Source: Eledone cirrhosa (taxonomy: Eukaryota). From it: 64,000 nucleotides of DNA. The translations under genes and the position numbers were made by a program. Positions 38,698 through 52,134 of this stretch are shown piece by piece. Below the pieces are notes generated by a model. The model did not search any database, had not been told where the DNA came from, and worked only from the letters and a program-made list of their open reading frames with translations. Each line of letters opens with the position of its first letter. Within the stretch, counting starts at the first letter, position 1. The stretch covers positions 79,546,001-79,610,000 of the forward strand of contig OZ024745.1 in the NCBI GenBank assembly GCA_964016885.1, written 5' to 3'.

Positions 38698-39945
38698 ATC
38701 CTAATTTGTCTTGCGGTACGTGATAAAAAAAACCCAACAGACTCCTCTCTGTTTTTCCGGTAGCTTTTTTTTTTTCTTCTTTTTTTCTTTCAATCAGATC
38801 TCAGTTTCCAGTGCCGAAATAGCTTGTGGTTAGAAAAAGCTATCTCACTTACCGCTTTTCATAGGCGCCGCTAAATCCCATTGCTGGTTTCTCCTCTTTC
38901 TCGTGCGTCCAACTCATTAACACCGGGAGCTGCCAAAACTCGCGTCCACACCGTTCCTGGTCACCACTAGAGAGAGGCCGATCTGCTGGCCCTTCCAGTC
39001 GAGCACCCTTCCGGCCAGCACCCTTCCGGTCAAGCACTCTTCCGGTCGAGCACTCCCCAGCTTCCGGCCACCGCACGCCACACCATACTCACATAAACAA
39101 ATAAAACATGATCGCAACTAAAATACATTTACGAGGCTATCAAGGACAATGTAATGAAAACAAGACTTAAGTTGTTGTGATATATGCGTGTGTGCAATGG
39201 TGCAAAATATGGTATTTACCGTACTTCTGGTATTTACCGTACTTCGTTTGTCTGACAGTGAGAGAAAGATCAAGAGAGAGAAAGAGGGTGAGGAGGAAGA
39301 GAGAGAGTGTGAGAAAGCCCGACAGGGATCTGTGTGAGATTTTTTTTACTACATCTTAACTGGTTGAAATCATTTGTGCAACTCCTTGCTTTGACTCCGC
39401 AAGTTGGCTATTTCTCAGAATCACACATCCTGTTTCCAGAACTTGAGAATAGACAGATGGTGTTTTCGATGTTAAAATCGTAGACGTCTAAAAAAACGAT
39501 TACGATAGAAACTTATCTATGAGGCCACACAAAGTCAAGCTTTTGGTGGCCGCTTGATAGAGCGAATGAAACTCTAGTGAAGAGAGTGTCAAATTATTCC
39601 CCCCGTCCCCACACACACATATTCGAAATATGGGGCGGACAAAGGAAAAAACCATGGAAAGATACACACACACACACATATATATATATATAACTATAAA
39701 TATAATATATATATATATATATATATTTGGATTTAATGCTCTGAAATAGCGATATATATGTGAAGACAAACATAGAATATTCGAAAATATTCTGTATGTT
39801 TATAATAAACATTTTGAAGACCCAATCGCTTTTTATCGAGAATCTCAAATTGTAATACGTGACGTATTCTATTCTATAGCGATTGGGTCTTCAAAATGTT
39901 TATTATAAACATACAGAATATTTTCGAATATTCTATGTTTGTCTT

Positions 39946-40004
<59 letters not shown>

Positions 40005-40006
<2 letters not shown>

Positions 40007-40760
40007 CGAAGGAAATGTGGTAAGGAACCAGGTGGACCATAACGCACCAAAGTACTCAATACTTAGGGTAGTAGAGTGGGTAATAGGAACCAGTAAGACC
40101 CCGACGGCTGAGCTCAAGCCGTTTCGACGGCTAATTCTGGACTAAATGAAAATTTATCCTGGTATTTAAATAGCCGAGCTTCTCAAGGGGTAATTCCATA
40201 TATGGTCAAAGTGATTGTCAAAAGTTAGTAGTAATTCTGTGGTGGCAAATTAGTAGGGAAGATGGTGGCTAAACCTGCCAGTAGGAGAAAAAAAAGGGGG
40301 GGTGGTGTGGAGGGGGGTGGGGGGTGGAGGGGTGGTGGTGGTGGTGGTGGAGTAGACCCAATCATGCGTTGGTAGTGCCGGCTACAGCTGGGCATGAGGT
40401 CAAAGAAGATACTGGGGAGGGGGAGGGGGAGGAAGTCGAAACGGTAGGTAGAACAATGAGGGGTAAAAATATATATATGAAAGAGAAAATACTGAGAGTG
40501 ATGAAAAGCGAATAAGTGTAAAGAAAAAAGAATATATAAGCAAGTTCTACGACCTAAGTCTCTAGCTATTGTTAGGCTATATAAATAAATAAATAAAGAA
40601 AGAAAGAAATAAAGAAAGAAATAAAGAAATAACGAAATAAGTAATTAAACTAGGTGGAACGGAATAGGAAAGGACCCTTTTAAGAGGTATAAGTACGTAA
40701 ATCATACGGTGACGGGTCAACAAATGGGGCCAAAATACTAAAGAAACTACCACGAAATAA
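40005..40760 (-). mobile_element. 3' portion of a (TA)n-targeting PLE, same family as 44183-45618
   Basis: Collinear similarity to 44183-44820; starts at (TA)n. Confidence 0.75.
40098..40191 (-). ncRNA. Type I hammerhead-like motif with variant core UUGAGAA
   Basis: Stem I ACCCC/GGGGU; extended stem II CGGCUA/UAGCCG; GAAA; stem III ACGGC/GCCGU with palindromic loop UGAGCUCA; GUC site. Confidence 0.65.
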
Positions 40761-41254
40761 ATAATAAAGGTTTCTACCCCGGGCACAAGGCCAACAACCA
40801 CCCAGTGCAGAAAAGTAAACTAGTACGAGATAATAATTCTGAGTCCCGAAATTTATATTTATAGTTATATATATATATAATATCGTACATTGTTACGTTT
40901 CTATGACAATGTAACTCGATATATATATATATATATATATCGAGTTACATTGTCATAGAAACGTAACAATGTACGATATTATATATATATATAACTATAA
41001 ATATAAATTTCGGGTTACATTGTCATAGAAACGCAACAGTATACAACGTAAGTGTGTTTATTAGTGTATTAAAGTTTCTTGTTTCATGTGCAATGTGAGT
41101 ATTTCCGTGTGGTGCGAAGATGGTGCATGTGTCGGTGTGCACGTGGGTGTGGGATACGGTGGGGACAGGACGGTGCATTCAGACCATAGGGGGTTTGCAG
41201 AAAAAAAAAATATATATACGGGGATTGTCATGTTGCCAATATTGTGTGTATATA

Positions 41255-41425
41255 TCTATCTATCTAGGGCGGGTAAAATACCCGAGATCCATGGACGAGT
41301 TCTCTCCAGCGGTCTCTGTCCCTCATTATCGCTGCCATGTCCTGCGTCTCCAACAGACCAGTGTCTGTCCTTAGGGCATCAACATATGTTAACTTCGATC
41401 TTCCTCTTCTAGAACGGACATAGCT
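41255..41425 (-). mobile_element. LINE (RTE-like) 3' end with (ATAG)n tail
   Basis: [30 protein letters not shown]; same family as 47790-47978. Confidence 0.75.
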
Positions 41426-41430
41426 TCGGC

Positions 41431-41566
<136 letters not shown>

Positions 41567-41633
41567 CACACATATATATATATATACACACATATATATA
41601 TATACACACACATATATATATATATACATATAT

Positions 41634-41703
<70 letters not shown>

Positions 41704-41884
41704 CGTTTCTGAATTTGTTTAGCATCATTCTTTATCTGAAATCGTGTGTTGAAACCGATATTGTTATAATTTATCATAAATTTATTATAATAAATTGAAG
41801 TGAAAGCAACTGGTGCGTGTGTTTCTTATTGGCAACATGACCCTCCCAAAGTATAACAATATATATATATATACATATATATAT

Positions 41885-41915
<31 letters not shown>

Positions 41916-42015
41916 AATTATCGAGAATCGGAACCTCGGCCCACGAAATAACGAAACACAATCTTCGAAATGTGTGGCAAAGTGCTCAATAGTTTGGATA
42001 AACCAGAGCTATAAC

Positions 42016-42050
<35 letters not shown>

Positions 42051-42525
42051 TGTTATATTTGGGGAGGGTCATATTGTTAGTATATTAGCAGAAATAATAA
42101 TTGTTTCTACTTTAGGCACAAGGCCAGCAATTACCCCACTGTATTACTGGTACTTTATTTTATCAACCCCGTATGGACGAAAGGTAAAGTTAACCTCGGC
42201 GGGATTTGAACTCAGACCATAAAGACCGTAACTCTTTGCTGCAAAGCATGGCATCAGAAATTGGCAGAAATAATAATAGAACACACTCAGTTTGATTTGG
42301 GTTGGTTTTCGCTTCTGTATTTTTTATATGGCCAAAGTTAATTTATCTGGCAATCAATGTTTATCATTGATTGACCAACGGTTAAAAATACATCTGAACT
42401 TGACATGCGATTGCAATACCCTCAGCAGAGTTTGTAGCCATCATGTATATTTATATCTCTGTGTGTGTTTGTGTGTATGAGTATGTCAGCAAAGCTAATT
42501 TTCACTTTGTTTTATTAGTTTCTCG

Positions 42526-42720
42526 ATGGCTAAACAAGCGGGACTCAGAAAGTTCATGATCGATGCTGATCCAGGCATTGACGATGCGCAAGCTATCCTT
42601 ATGGCTATAGCACGACCTGATATAGAAATTATTTCGCTCCACATACACGGTGGAAATACAACTCATCACAATGCGTCGAAGAACACATTGAGACTGCTTC
42701 AGGCATGCGATAAGCTAGAG
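42526..42720 (+). CDS. Nucleoside hydrolase (IUNH family), coding exon 1
   Basis: MAKQAGLRKFMIDADPGIDDAQAILMAI..GGNTT..NTLRLL contains the DxDxxxDD Ca-binding motif; donor gtaagt at 42721; an acceptor (ctaat..tttattag) lies 7 nt before the ATG. Confidence 0.93.
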
Positions 42721-43574
42721 GTAAGTAATTATAATCATCATCATCATCTTGCCGTGCTGGTTTCATGGATCACCATGTCTCTCCTTCTCTCATCTGCCTC
42801 GGTCCTCGATTGCTCGTGACAGATCCTCTAGATTGCATTCAGCATCCTCATATAACTATTTTATATAGGTTCTGTGAGGATTGCTCACATTGGAATGTCC
42901 ATGCTTTGATGTCCATAACAACACCTCGCTGACAATTTCATTCTTTGCTTTCCAGCAGTGTCCCACAAATCAGGTTCGTCTCTCTCTCTCGGATGGTATG
43001 AGAGATTGCAGGTAGATTGCCGTAAAGTTTTTTTTTTTGTAGGTTGTTGCTTTCAGGATATGTTTAAAGCCGCTCTGAGGATTCTCGTGTATGTTCTTTC
43101 ATCAAGTTTTTTCTTGATGAAAGAACATACACGAGTCGTTTAGTGAGTGTCGACGTAGTAAACATGTACATACAGCTTTGTGATATCTATTCGGGTTGTC
43201 TAACTTCTGAGTTTACCTACAACGACCCTAGTGACAGGCTGTATGGACCCTGCTTTTCCCTTTCACTGATGCAAAGTGAGGGGCTACATAGCCAACATTG
43301 ACAAACGGAAGCCGTACTATATGTATAAATGGTTGGTTGGCGCGTGTACACATACACTTGAAAGGTCAATTATACAACTTCTACTACAGTAACAAATGGG
43401 ACATTCTTTTAATATACATAATTTAGATATATACGATGGGCTTCCGTATAGTTTCCGTTTTCTAAATTCCACTCTACTCACAAAGAATGAACAAAAAGCT
43501 ACTAATACCAAAACTTTCATCGATCACACAGATACACACTCACACATACTCACACACATATATACGCGCGCGCA

Positions 43575-43677
<103 letters not shown>

Positions 43678-43807
43678 TAAAAATAGGCCCAAAACAACAT
43701 ACGACATATTTACTGACTACAAAACCTCTATTCAAATTATATGGTACGTTATAAATACTGCATATAAAATAGAGGTGTGACTCATACAAACGCTAGTAAT
43801 AAATACA

Positions 43808-43877
<70 letters not shown>

Positions 43878-43937
43878 TACAAACAATGTAAAAAGGAGGT
43901 GCGACTCAAAGCCGTATACACATACATATACATACAT

Positions 43938-43995
<58 letters not shown>

Positions 43996-44135
43996 CTTTA
44001 ATGTAAAACTTTAAATAATGTGTGTGTGTGTGTTTATGAATGTATGAATGTATAGAAAACTTTTCTGTAAGTGTGCTTTTAATCTATTGTAAAACTATAT
44101 TCATTGAGTAATCAATGAACCATATTAATATTTGG

Positions 44136-44182
<47 letters not shown>

Positions 44183-44185
<3 letters not shown>

Positions 44186-45618
44186 CGAAGGAAATGTGGT
44201 AAGGAACCAGGTGGACCATAACGCACCAAAGTACTCAATACTTAGGGTAGTAGAGTGGGTAATAGGAACGAGTAGGACCCCGACGGCTGAGCTCAAGCCG
44301 TTTCGACGGCTAATTCTGGACTAAATGAACATTTTTATCCTGGTATATGAATAGCGGAGCTTCTCAGGGGGTAATTCCATATATGGTAAAAGTGATTGTC
44401 ACAAGGATTGGTCAAAAGTTTGTTGTTGAGACACATAATTCTATCATGGCAATTTGTGGAAGGAAGGGGTAGCTGAACCTGCCAGTAGAAGAAAGAGGGT
44501 GAGGGGGTGGAGGAAACCCAGTCGTGCGTTGATAGAGCCAACTACAGCAGGGCAGGAGGTCAAGGAAGTATACAATAAGTAAAACAATATGGGGTAAATA
44601 TATAGAAAAATAGCGAGAAAGTTAAAAAAACAATTAAATATAAAAAAAAACCATTTCTGGTTACTATTCCCTAAGGACAGCTATCAAGTCTCTCACTGGT
44701 ACTGCTAGACTAAAGAAAAGTTTACTAGGTGGGACGGAATTATAATGAGACCCTTTTAAGAGGTAGTAGTAATCAACCGAGTATATCTTACGGTGACTAA
44801 GAAACTACCACGAAATAATAATTCAGAATCCCGGGAAAAGAATACTAATACTATCTCTATGGGTGCCGCTACGATACAAAAATTCTAGTGCAAACTACAT
44901 AAATGCTCGTACGAAGTATATGAAAAATTTGATACGGAAAAATTAATTCAGAATGCCCCCCCACCCCCCCCAATACTGATATACGAGAAATTAAAGCAAA
45001 GATACCACTAAGAAATGTAGAAAGCACGGAAAAGGGGCAGCCATCGGATACGAAAGCAAGTATCCGGGGTCTATCGCATCTGCTATAAAAAGCGGAGTCG
45101 GCCAATTCTATCATAGAATAGGGGAAGCAGGTGGGGGTACTGAGGCTACAAAGGACGAGGGGCTGCCTCGGGTGGGCGAGAAATTATAAAGGACGACGAT
45201 AAAGAAAGAGGACTGGGGTGGAAGGACTAGGAAGGGATGGGGGAAGAAGGAAATATAGAGGAAGCGATAAAAAGATATAAAAGATCTTACGTCTACCTTC
45301 GCAAGCAGGGGTTACCCATTACAAAGTCGGCAAGTGGGGTGTTACAGGCCTTGTCTATCCCCACCCCCCGGGTCATTATGGGGTTTGAGGGCGAGGTAAG
45401 TCCTACGCAATCTGTGTTTACATGCAGTTACCAGTTCATCTTTCTTGTTTAGAAGTTGGTCCGTCGAAAACAGCATTTGTAAAGTTTCCTCCGACCAATC
45501 CTTGTGACAATCACTTTTACCATATATGGAATTACCCCCTGAGAAGCTCGGCTATTCATATACCAGGATAAAAAATTTCATTTAGTCCAGAATTAGCTGT
45601 CGAAACGGCTTGAGCTCA
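44183..45618 (-). mobile_element. 5'-truncated PLE with ORF C-terminus, 3'UTR, pLTR and inverted 5' pLTR copy
   Basis: Minus-strand 45492-45295 reads EETLQMLFSTDQLLNKKDELVTACKHR (an LNKxxEL..C.H GIY-YIG tail); 45493-45618 is the inverted copy of ~44288-44413; microsatellite flanks. Confidence 0.8.
44277..44372 (-). ncRNA. Type I hammerhead-like motif with variant core CUGAGAA (partial inverted copy 45534-45618, + strand)
   Basis: Same three stems as 40098-40191. Confidence 0.65.
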
Positions 45619-45756
45619 CACACACGCACACACACAGACATATATATATATATAATATAAAATCAAAAGATGGTTAAAAGAGTTCCATGTATTTTATTAT
45701 GCGCATTTAAAAAAAAAAAATTTCATCATCAGATGATATTTGCGTTATCATCAGAT

Positions 45757-45812
45757 ATCTGATGAGAACGCAAATATCATCCCATAATATTTGTTTTTGA
45801 AATGCGCATAAT
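45757..45812 (+). ncRNA. Minimal hammerhead motif within the fold-back at 45652-45856
   Basis: CTGATGA (45759-45765), stem II GCAAATAT/ATATTTGT, GAAA, palindromic TGCGCA, UA site. Stem I is clipped by the inversion junction. Confidence 0.6.
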
Positions 45813-45943
45813 AAAATACATGGAACTCTTTTAACCATCTTTTGATTTTATATTATTTATACTCCAGTCCTATAAACTGTTGAGTGCTACTTATCCGATA
45901 TTTGCATTGCTTTATTGTGCTACAATAAAACTCACCTCCTACA

Positions 45944-46007
<64 letters not shown>

Positions 46008-46124
46008 TACATATATATATATATGCATACATATATATATATATATGCATACATATATATATGCATACATATATAAATATATATACATACATATATATAT
46101 ATATATATACATATATAAATATAT

Positions 46125-46163
<39 letters not shown>

Positions 46164-46708
46164 CTAGCTGAGGTACCCGGTAATACCCGGGAGCGGGGTT
46201 ATTCCCAGTTCCCATTAAAATGTCCAATGCCACTCAGACCAAAAATAAATTCTACAGCAAGCAGAGAATATTAAGTTGATTTATGTAGAACATTTTCAGC
46301 CCACAACAGCTGAAGCCAAATTTCGCTCATCAGTTAATCAAAAATCAGCTTACGCTCTGCTTGAGTGGTCTGGATAATATTATTTAGCATAAAGCCATCC
46401 TTAGCATATAATCTATCTGTGTTTCAAGTTTGAAGGAAATTGGTTGAGAGCTTCAAATGTTATGGCAGAAAATAACATTCATATGAACATTTGCATACAA
46501 ATTTCCTATTCATTTTTTAAAAATCGATGCAGACTGGAAATTATCGATTTTTTAAAACTTCAAAGTACGTAAGAAATCGAATGGGCATGAGCCCCACACA
46601 TGTGTCAAGTTTCGAGATCGGTTGGGTAGTTTTTGAGTTTTAGGTTCACAAACAAATCCACAAGCCAACACATACACACACAGACAGAAATTGCCATTTA
46701 TGTATATA

Positions 46709-46712
<4 letters not shown>
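46164..46712 (-). mobile_element. Non-autonomous Helitron-like element
   Basis: Minus-strand 3' end cccgggtattaccgggtacctcagCTAG|T; the 5' region resembles 23720-23780. Confidence 0.55.
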
Positions 46713-46782
<70 letters not shown>

Positions 46783-46861
46783 CATATGTATATACATGTA
46801 TATACATGTATATGTATATATATGTATATACATATGCATATACATATATATATATATATAC

Positions 46862-46892
<31 letters not shown>

Positions 46893-46893
46893 C

Positions 46894-46966
<73 letters not shown>

Positions 46967-46974
46967 TATATACA

Positions 46975-47012
<38 letters not shown>

Positions 47013-47036
47013 CATATATATATACATCTCTCTCTC

Positions 47037-47126
<90 letters not shown>

Positions 47127-47193
47127 TCTCTCTCTGTATATATATACATATATATATACATCTCTCTATATATATATATACATATGTTTATAC

Positions 47194-47224
<31 letters not shown>

Positions 47225-47315
47225 CATATATAGATATACATATATAGATATGTATATATATATATACATATATATATATAGATATGTATATATAGATATG
47301 TATATATATATATAT
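46700..47315. repeat. Long compound (TA)n/(TACA)/(TC) microsatellite, one of many (e.g. 25874-25960, 32370-32620, 41430-41700, 43578-43676, 45945-46160, 50575-50775, 52062-52131, 58400-58450)
   Basis: Direct inspection. Confidence 0.95.
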
Positions 47316-47484
47316 TGTTATACTTTGGGAGGGTCATGTTGCCAATAAGAAACATATATATATATATGGTATAAACGTTTGTATTTGTAAAGCCAAAACA
47401 ATGCAGGTATGAACATAGAATATAAATGCAAATGCAAAAGATATTTTTGACAATTAGTCTTTTACCTTAAATTTATTTAAATGT

Positions 47485-47519
47485 CCTTAATTTTCGAGAT
47501 AATATCTCTTCTTCGGAGG
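47485..47519 (-). ncRNA. Minimal hammerhead motif with core CCGAAGA
   Basis: CCU-CCGAAGA-A-GAGAU auu AUCUC-GAAA-AU-UA|AGG. Confidence 0.55.
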
Positions 47520-47789
47520 GAAGTAAAGCGGTTAAACTAGCGTTCTAAATAGCTCATATCACATGTTCCGCAAATGACCAGCTCATAGCCCTAATCGATT
47601 ATAATCAGCTTCGACTCTGGGATCAATTTGTTCATTCTTAGTATAAACACTCGGTATAACAGACAAATGTCGGTGTTACTGCACATTTTTAATAACAAAC
47701 AATATCCAATTCAGGTGACAACTGTAGTGATGTGTTATAACTCACTAATTGGCTATATCTACGTCAGGTCCGCAGAACCCGCTTATCAT

Positions 47790-48315
47790 ATATCTATCTA
47801 TCTAAGGCGGGTAAAATTCCCGAGATCCATGGACGAGTTCTCTCCAGCGGTCTCTGTCCCTCATTATCGCTGCCATGTCCTGCATCTCCAACAGACCAGT
47901 GTCTGTCCTTAGGGCATCAACATACGTTAACCTTGGTCTTCCTCTTCTAGTGTGTCCATGTAGGGGCTCCCAAAGGAGTACTGAGTATTTGGGAGCAAAG
48001 ATTGGGAATACGGAGGATCATGTGGTTGAGAGGAAGAGCAAGGCCTGGGCGGCGTGCCACAGCTTGAGATCGGTGTGGAAGTCGGACCTTCGTAGGGACC
48101 TGAAAATCCACCTCTTCATTGCTATAGTGGAGTCTGTGCTGCTGTATGGGTCTGAGACTTGGACACTGACCAAGAAACTCACTCAGATGGTGGATGGGTG
48201 CTACACGAGAATGCTGAGGATGGCTCTGAACATTAATCAGTATACACTGAGGATGAAAAACTCAGAGCTGTATGGGAGCCTCCCAAAAGTCAGCTCAAAA
48301 GTGACACAGAGGAGA
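47790..48315 (-). mobile_element. RTE-like LINE insertion with 5' inversion
   Basis: 47790-47978 is the 3' end on the minus strand; 47979-48315 is the adjacent upstream coding segment on the plus strand (EYLG..VESVLLYGSETWTLT..KVTQRR). Confidence 0.8.
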
Positions 48316-49499
48316 CAGCCACCAAGTATTAAAGAGAATATAAACACTTCCATATAAATGGTTCATACACCTAGCTCCACATATATATATACATAAATAC
48401 CATTATTGAAATATGCATATATATGTATAAATACATACATATTTATAGATGCACATATAGATATATGTGCATCTATAACGGCACAGAACCAAGAACGACG
48501 TGGTTGCGAAGCGGTCCTTTTAACCACACAGCCAAGCCTGCGCTTATCATAATTTAAATTTCTCGCTATGGATGACTGCCATTAGAATATTCTGGGTCAC
48601 ATTCCTGACAGTAATATTTCTGCCCACGTTTAGCAACAATTACAGAAATACTAATTGAACGGATAGAATGTGTGTGGTATTCATTCCGATTCCCTTCTCT
48701 CCGTGTTTTTGCGTGGTACGTTGCTTTCAAGATGTGTCAATTCAATATGACATCAAACACTATCAGTCACTAGCAAAACATCAAAAACGTGTGGGAAAAT
48801 TAAGTAAACTCATTCAAGAAGACCGTCGCTGAACATCCTATCAGTTCTCACACGATGGAAATTAGTTCTGGAGTCTGCCAAGAAATTGTCATCGAAAACC
48901 TGAATATACATCGGGTTGTTATGAAGCTGATCTCAAAGGCTTTTGACACTCGATGATAAACACTTACCTGATCGATTACCTGTAGCGTCACCGCGTTTCC
49001 AAAATGGAAATTTAAACTTAAGGAGGCATCGCGCCATGACAGTAGATGAAATTGAAATGAAATTGCTGACGGATTTGAACAGGCGGCCTTCAGGAAGAGG
49101 AATTCGCAATGTGTTTGAAGTGTATATAATACGCTGTGATTGTTTGTATAAGTTCTCATGGGTATGATGCCTGAATATAAATAATATATGAAATGCATCA
49201 TCTAACTTTCTGACACCACCTCGTATTGTGAAATGTTACATATTTCGAGGTTTTAAAAAGTCTAGATCGATGGTTCATACATTTTTATTCCTGGTTCATG
49301 TAAGGAAAAAAAAATATGTTGGCATACTTTGTACATAATGTAAAAACAGCGTTAAAAAAGGTATTTATACATTCCATTTTTTTATATTCTATATTTATAC
49401 ATGCTCGCCTACAAATATAAAATAATTTAAACAAAAGACAAATAATTTTTTCGTTTCAGTAAATAATGCAGTTATTTAGATCTGTAGTTAGGTCCTCCA

Positions 49500-49935
49500 C
49501 CATCCCGTGGAAAGACTGCGCTCTCAATATGAGCATCAAGCTTCCGAAGACTAGTTTGTTCGGTGGAACTGTATAGCTGCAAAACCGGGACACTGAAAAT
49601 CACCGATGTTAACAAACTGATGTCGTTTGAGATAACGTATTACAGACAGGCACTGCTCAACAGCTTGAAGGACCAGAAAACTAACGAGTTGGTCCTGGAG
49701 GAGATGGAAACAGAGAAGCAAATGGTTGCGACCGTAAGGAAGCTAAAGTTACAATACTTTGACCATCTCATCAAGGCCCAGAATCTCTGTGACCACATAC
49801 TGGAACGACGAATCGATGGCAGATCGAGAAGATGACCAAGGAGACGCTGGAGCGATGACATCGGGGATTGGAGGGGAAGAATGCTGGTGAAGTGCACGGT
49901 TGTGGTGATAGAGAGGAGCCAGTGAATAAACATTT
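49500..49935 (+). mobile_element. Degenerate RTE LINE 3' fragment
   Basis: LYSCKTGTLK..LMSFE..RKLKLQYFDHL..ILERRIDGRSRR*PRRRWSDDI. Confidence 0.65.
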
Positions 49936-50452
49936 GTGTAATTGTCTTTGGTCACGGTTCCCAAGTAATGGGAAATGAAGAAGAACTCGATAAGGATGAC
50001 TACCATGAAAATATTCTGAGTCACATTCCTGGCAATAATTACAAAACTATTAATAAAGCGGATATAATTGTTTCTACTTTTGGCACAAAGCCAGCAATTA
50101 TCCCAGTGCATTACTGGTACTTTATTTTATCGACCACGTAAGGATGAAAGGCAAAGTTAACCTCGGCAGGATTTGAACTCAGAATGGAAAGGGCCGTAAC
50201 TCTATGCGTAAAAGCATGGCGTCCGACCCTCTACCGATACTGCCAATCCACCGCCCTCGGATATAATGTTTGGTGGTATCCATTCTAGTGTTCTGTTCTC
50301 TGAGTTCAAATCCCGTCGAAGTCAACTTCGGCTTTGATCATTTCGACGTTGATAAAATATATTTGGGTCAATTTAATCGACTTTACCCTTCCCCCAGCTT
50401 ACAAATACACGCACGCACACACACACACACACGCACACACACACACACTTAC

Positions 50453-50488
<36 letters not shown>

Positions 50489-50570
50489 GCACAAACACAC
50501 GCACACATGCACACACAGACACACACACTCACACATAAACACGTACACAGACATATACACACACGTAGAC

Positions 50571-50674
<104 letters not shown>

Positions 50675-50699
50675 AAGATAGAGATAGATAGATAGATAG

Positions 50700-50777
<78 letters not shown>

Positions 50778-50807
50778 TATTATATAATTGTATTTTAACT
50801 TCTTCAG

Positions 50808-50982
50808 ATTCCTGTTCATGAAGGCAGCAACCTTGCTTTAGTAACACAACTGGAGAAAGGAGATAACTACTTTGGTGTTGATGGTTTTGGAGGTTCTCCA
50901 GACCCGAACATACCATCTCTAGACTTACTAAAAGAGGAGCATTCAGTTTTGGCTATGATTAAAAAAGTAAAGTCATATCCGG
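50808..50982 (+). CDS. Nucleoside hydrolase coding exon 2
   Basis: ttcag|IPVHEGSNLALVTQLEKGDNYFGVDGFGGSPDPNIPSLDLLKEEHSVLAMIKKVKSYP(G)|gtaagt. Confidence 0.92.
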
Positions 50983-51886
50983 GTAAGTATAATGTACTTA
51001 ATTTATCTGCTTTTAAATCCACCGCCTGTAGACCTATATTATCTGTGGTAATCATTGTAGATTATGGGGCGATTTCGTTTCAATTCCCATAAGAACATAG
51101 TGGGGTTTTGTGCCTTTGTGCCTTCGCTTCCACCAACAATCTGCCCTCATATGTCGTAATATTACACTTAGGTTCCATTTGAGCTGAGCAAGCTCCTGGA
51201 TATCCGGTTCAATACCCGCTCAAAACCATTTCATTTTATTTGTATTCCTAATTCTGGTCGTGGACTCGATTCCTCGACCGAGTTGTGTATTGTGTCTTTG
51301 AGCACTTCATTTCATATTGATCCAGCATACTCAGCTGACAATGAGTACCAGCAATAGCTGGGGGTTTAACCCTGTGATAGACTGGTGTCCTGTCCAGGGA
51401 AGAGTCTTGAACTCTCAATCACTCAACACCAAGGAAACCAGGATAAGCAGCGGTCTAATGAGCCTCCAGGCATTAGACTTTTTAATTCTTTCACCCCCTC
51501 CTTAAGATGTTTACATGTCGCTGCTCCTGGTTGTTCAAATAAGAAATTGTAATTATTATACAAGATATTAGGGCGATGGATTAATCGACTTCCTTGTCTT
51601 CCAAAGTGATTGGCCTTGTGCCTAAATTAGAAACCATTATACAAAATATTATGGTGGTGTATTGACAGTATCGGTAGAGCGTCGGACAACATGCCTTGTG
51701 GCATAGAGTTACGGCCCGAGTTCAAATCCTGCTGAGGTTAGTTTTGCCTTTCATCCTTACGAGATCGATAAAATAAAGTACCAATAATACACCGGGAGTT
51801 GATTTAATCGATTTCCCCTTCCCTTTAAATTGCTGGTCTTGTGATAAAAGTGGAATCAATTATACAAGATATTGTTTTTATTTCAG

Positions 51887-52003
51887 GAGAGATAAGTGCT
51901 GTTGCTCTGGGTCCACTCACCGATTTAGCCCTAGCACATCGTCTTTACCCATCGTTCAGCAATAAATTGAAGGACTGTTATATAATGGGAGGTAACTACT
52001 TAG
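51887..52003 (+). CDS. Nucleoside hydrolase coding exon 3
   Basis: tttcag|EISAVALGPLTDLALAHRLYPSFSNKLKDCYIMGGNYL(G)|gtatgg. Confidence 0.92.
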
Positions 52004-52059
52004 GTATGGCCACTTTATATTATATTGTTGCTTCTCTTGCTCTTCTTATTCTTTCTTCT

Positions 52060-52134
<75 letters not shown>

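Larger units (their letters stand above)
34847..39093 (-). mobile_element. Gypsy-type LTR retrotransposon, nearly intact
   Basis: LTRs at 38825-39093 (5') and 34847-35118 (3') with TG..CA ends; 5-bp TSD TAAAC (34842-34846, 39094-39098); PPT AGGGGGGCG; domain order gag-PR-RT-RH-IN. Confidence 0.96.

Noticed and set aside
35291-38704. Plus-strand ORFs over the Gypsy element
   Set aside because: Antisense shadows of a GC-rich coding region with no recognisable motifs.
45853-47348. Long [12 protein letters not shown] ORFs here and elsewhere
   Set aside because: They are translations of stop-free microsatellites.
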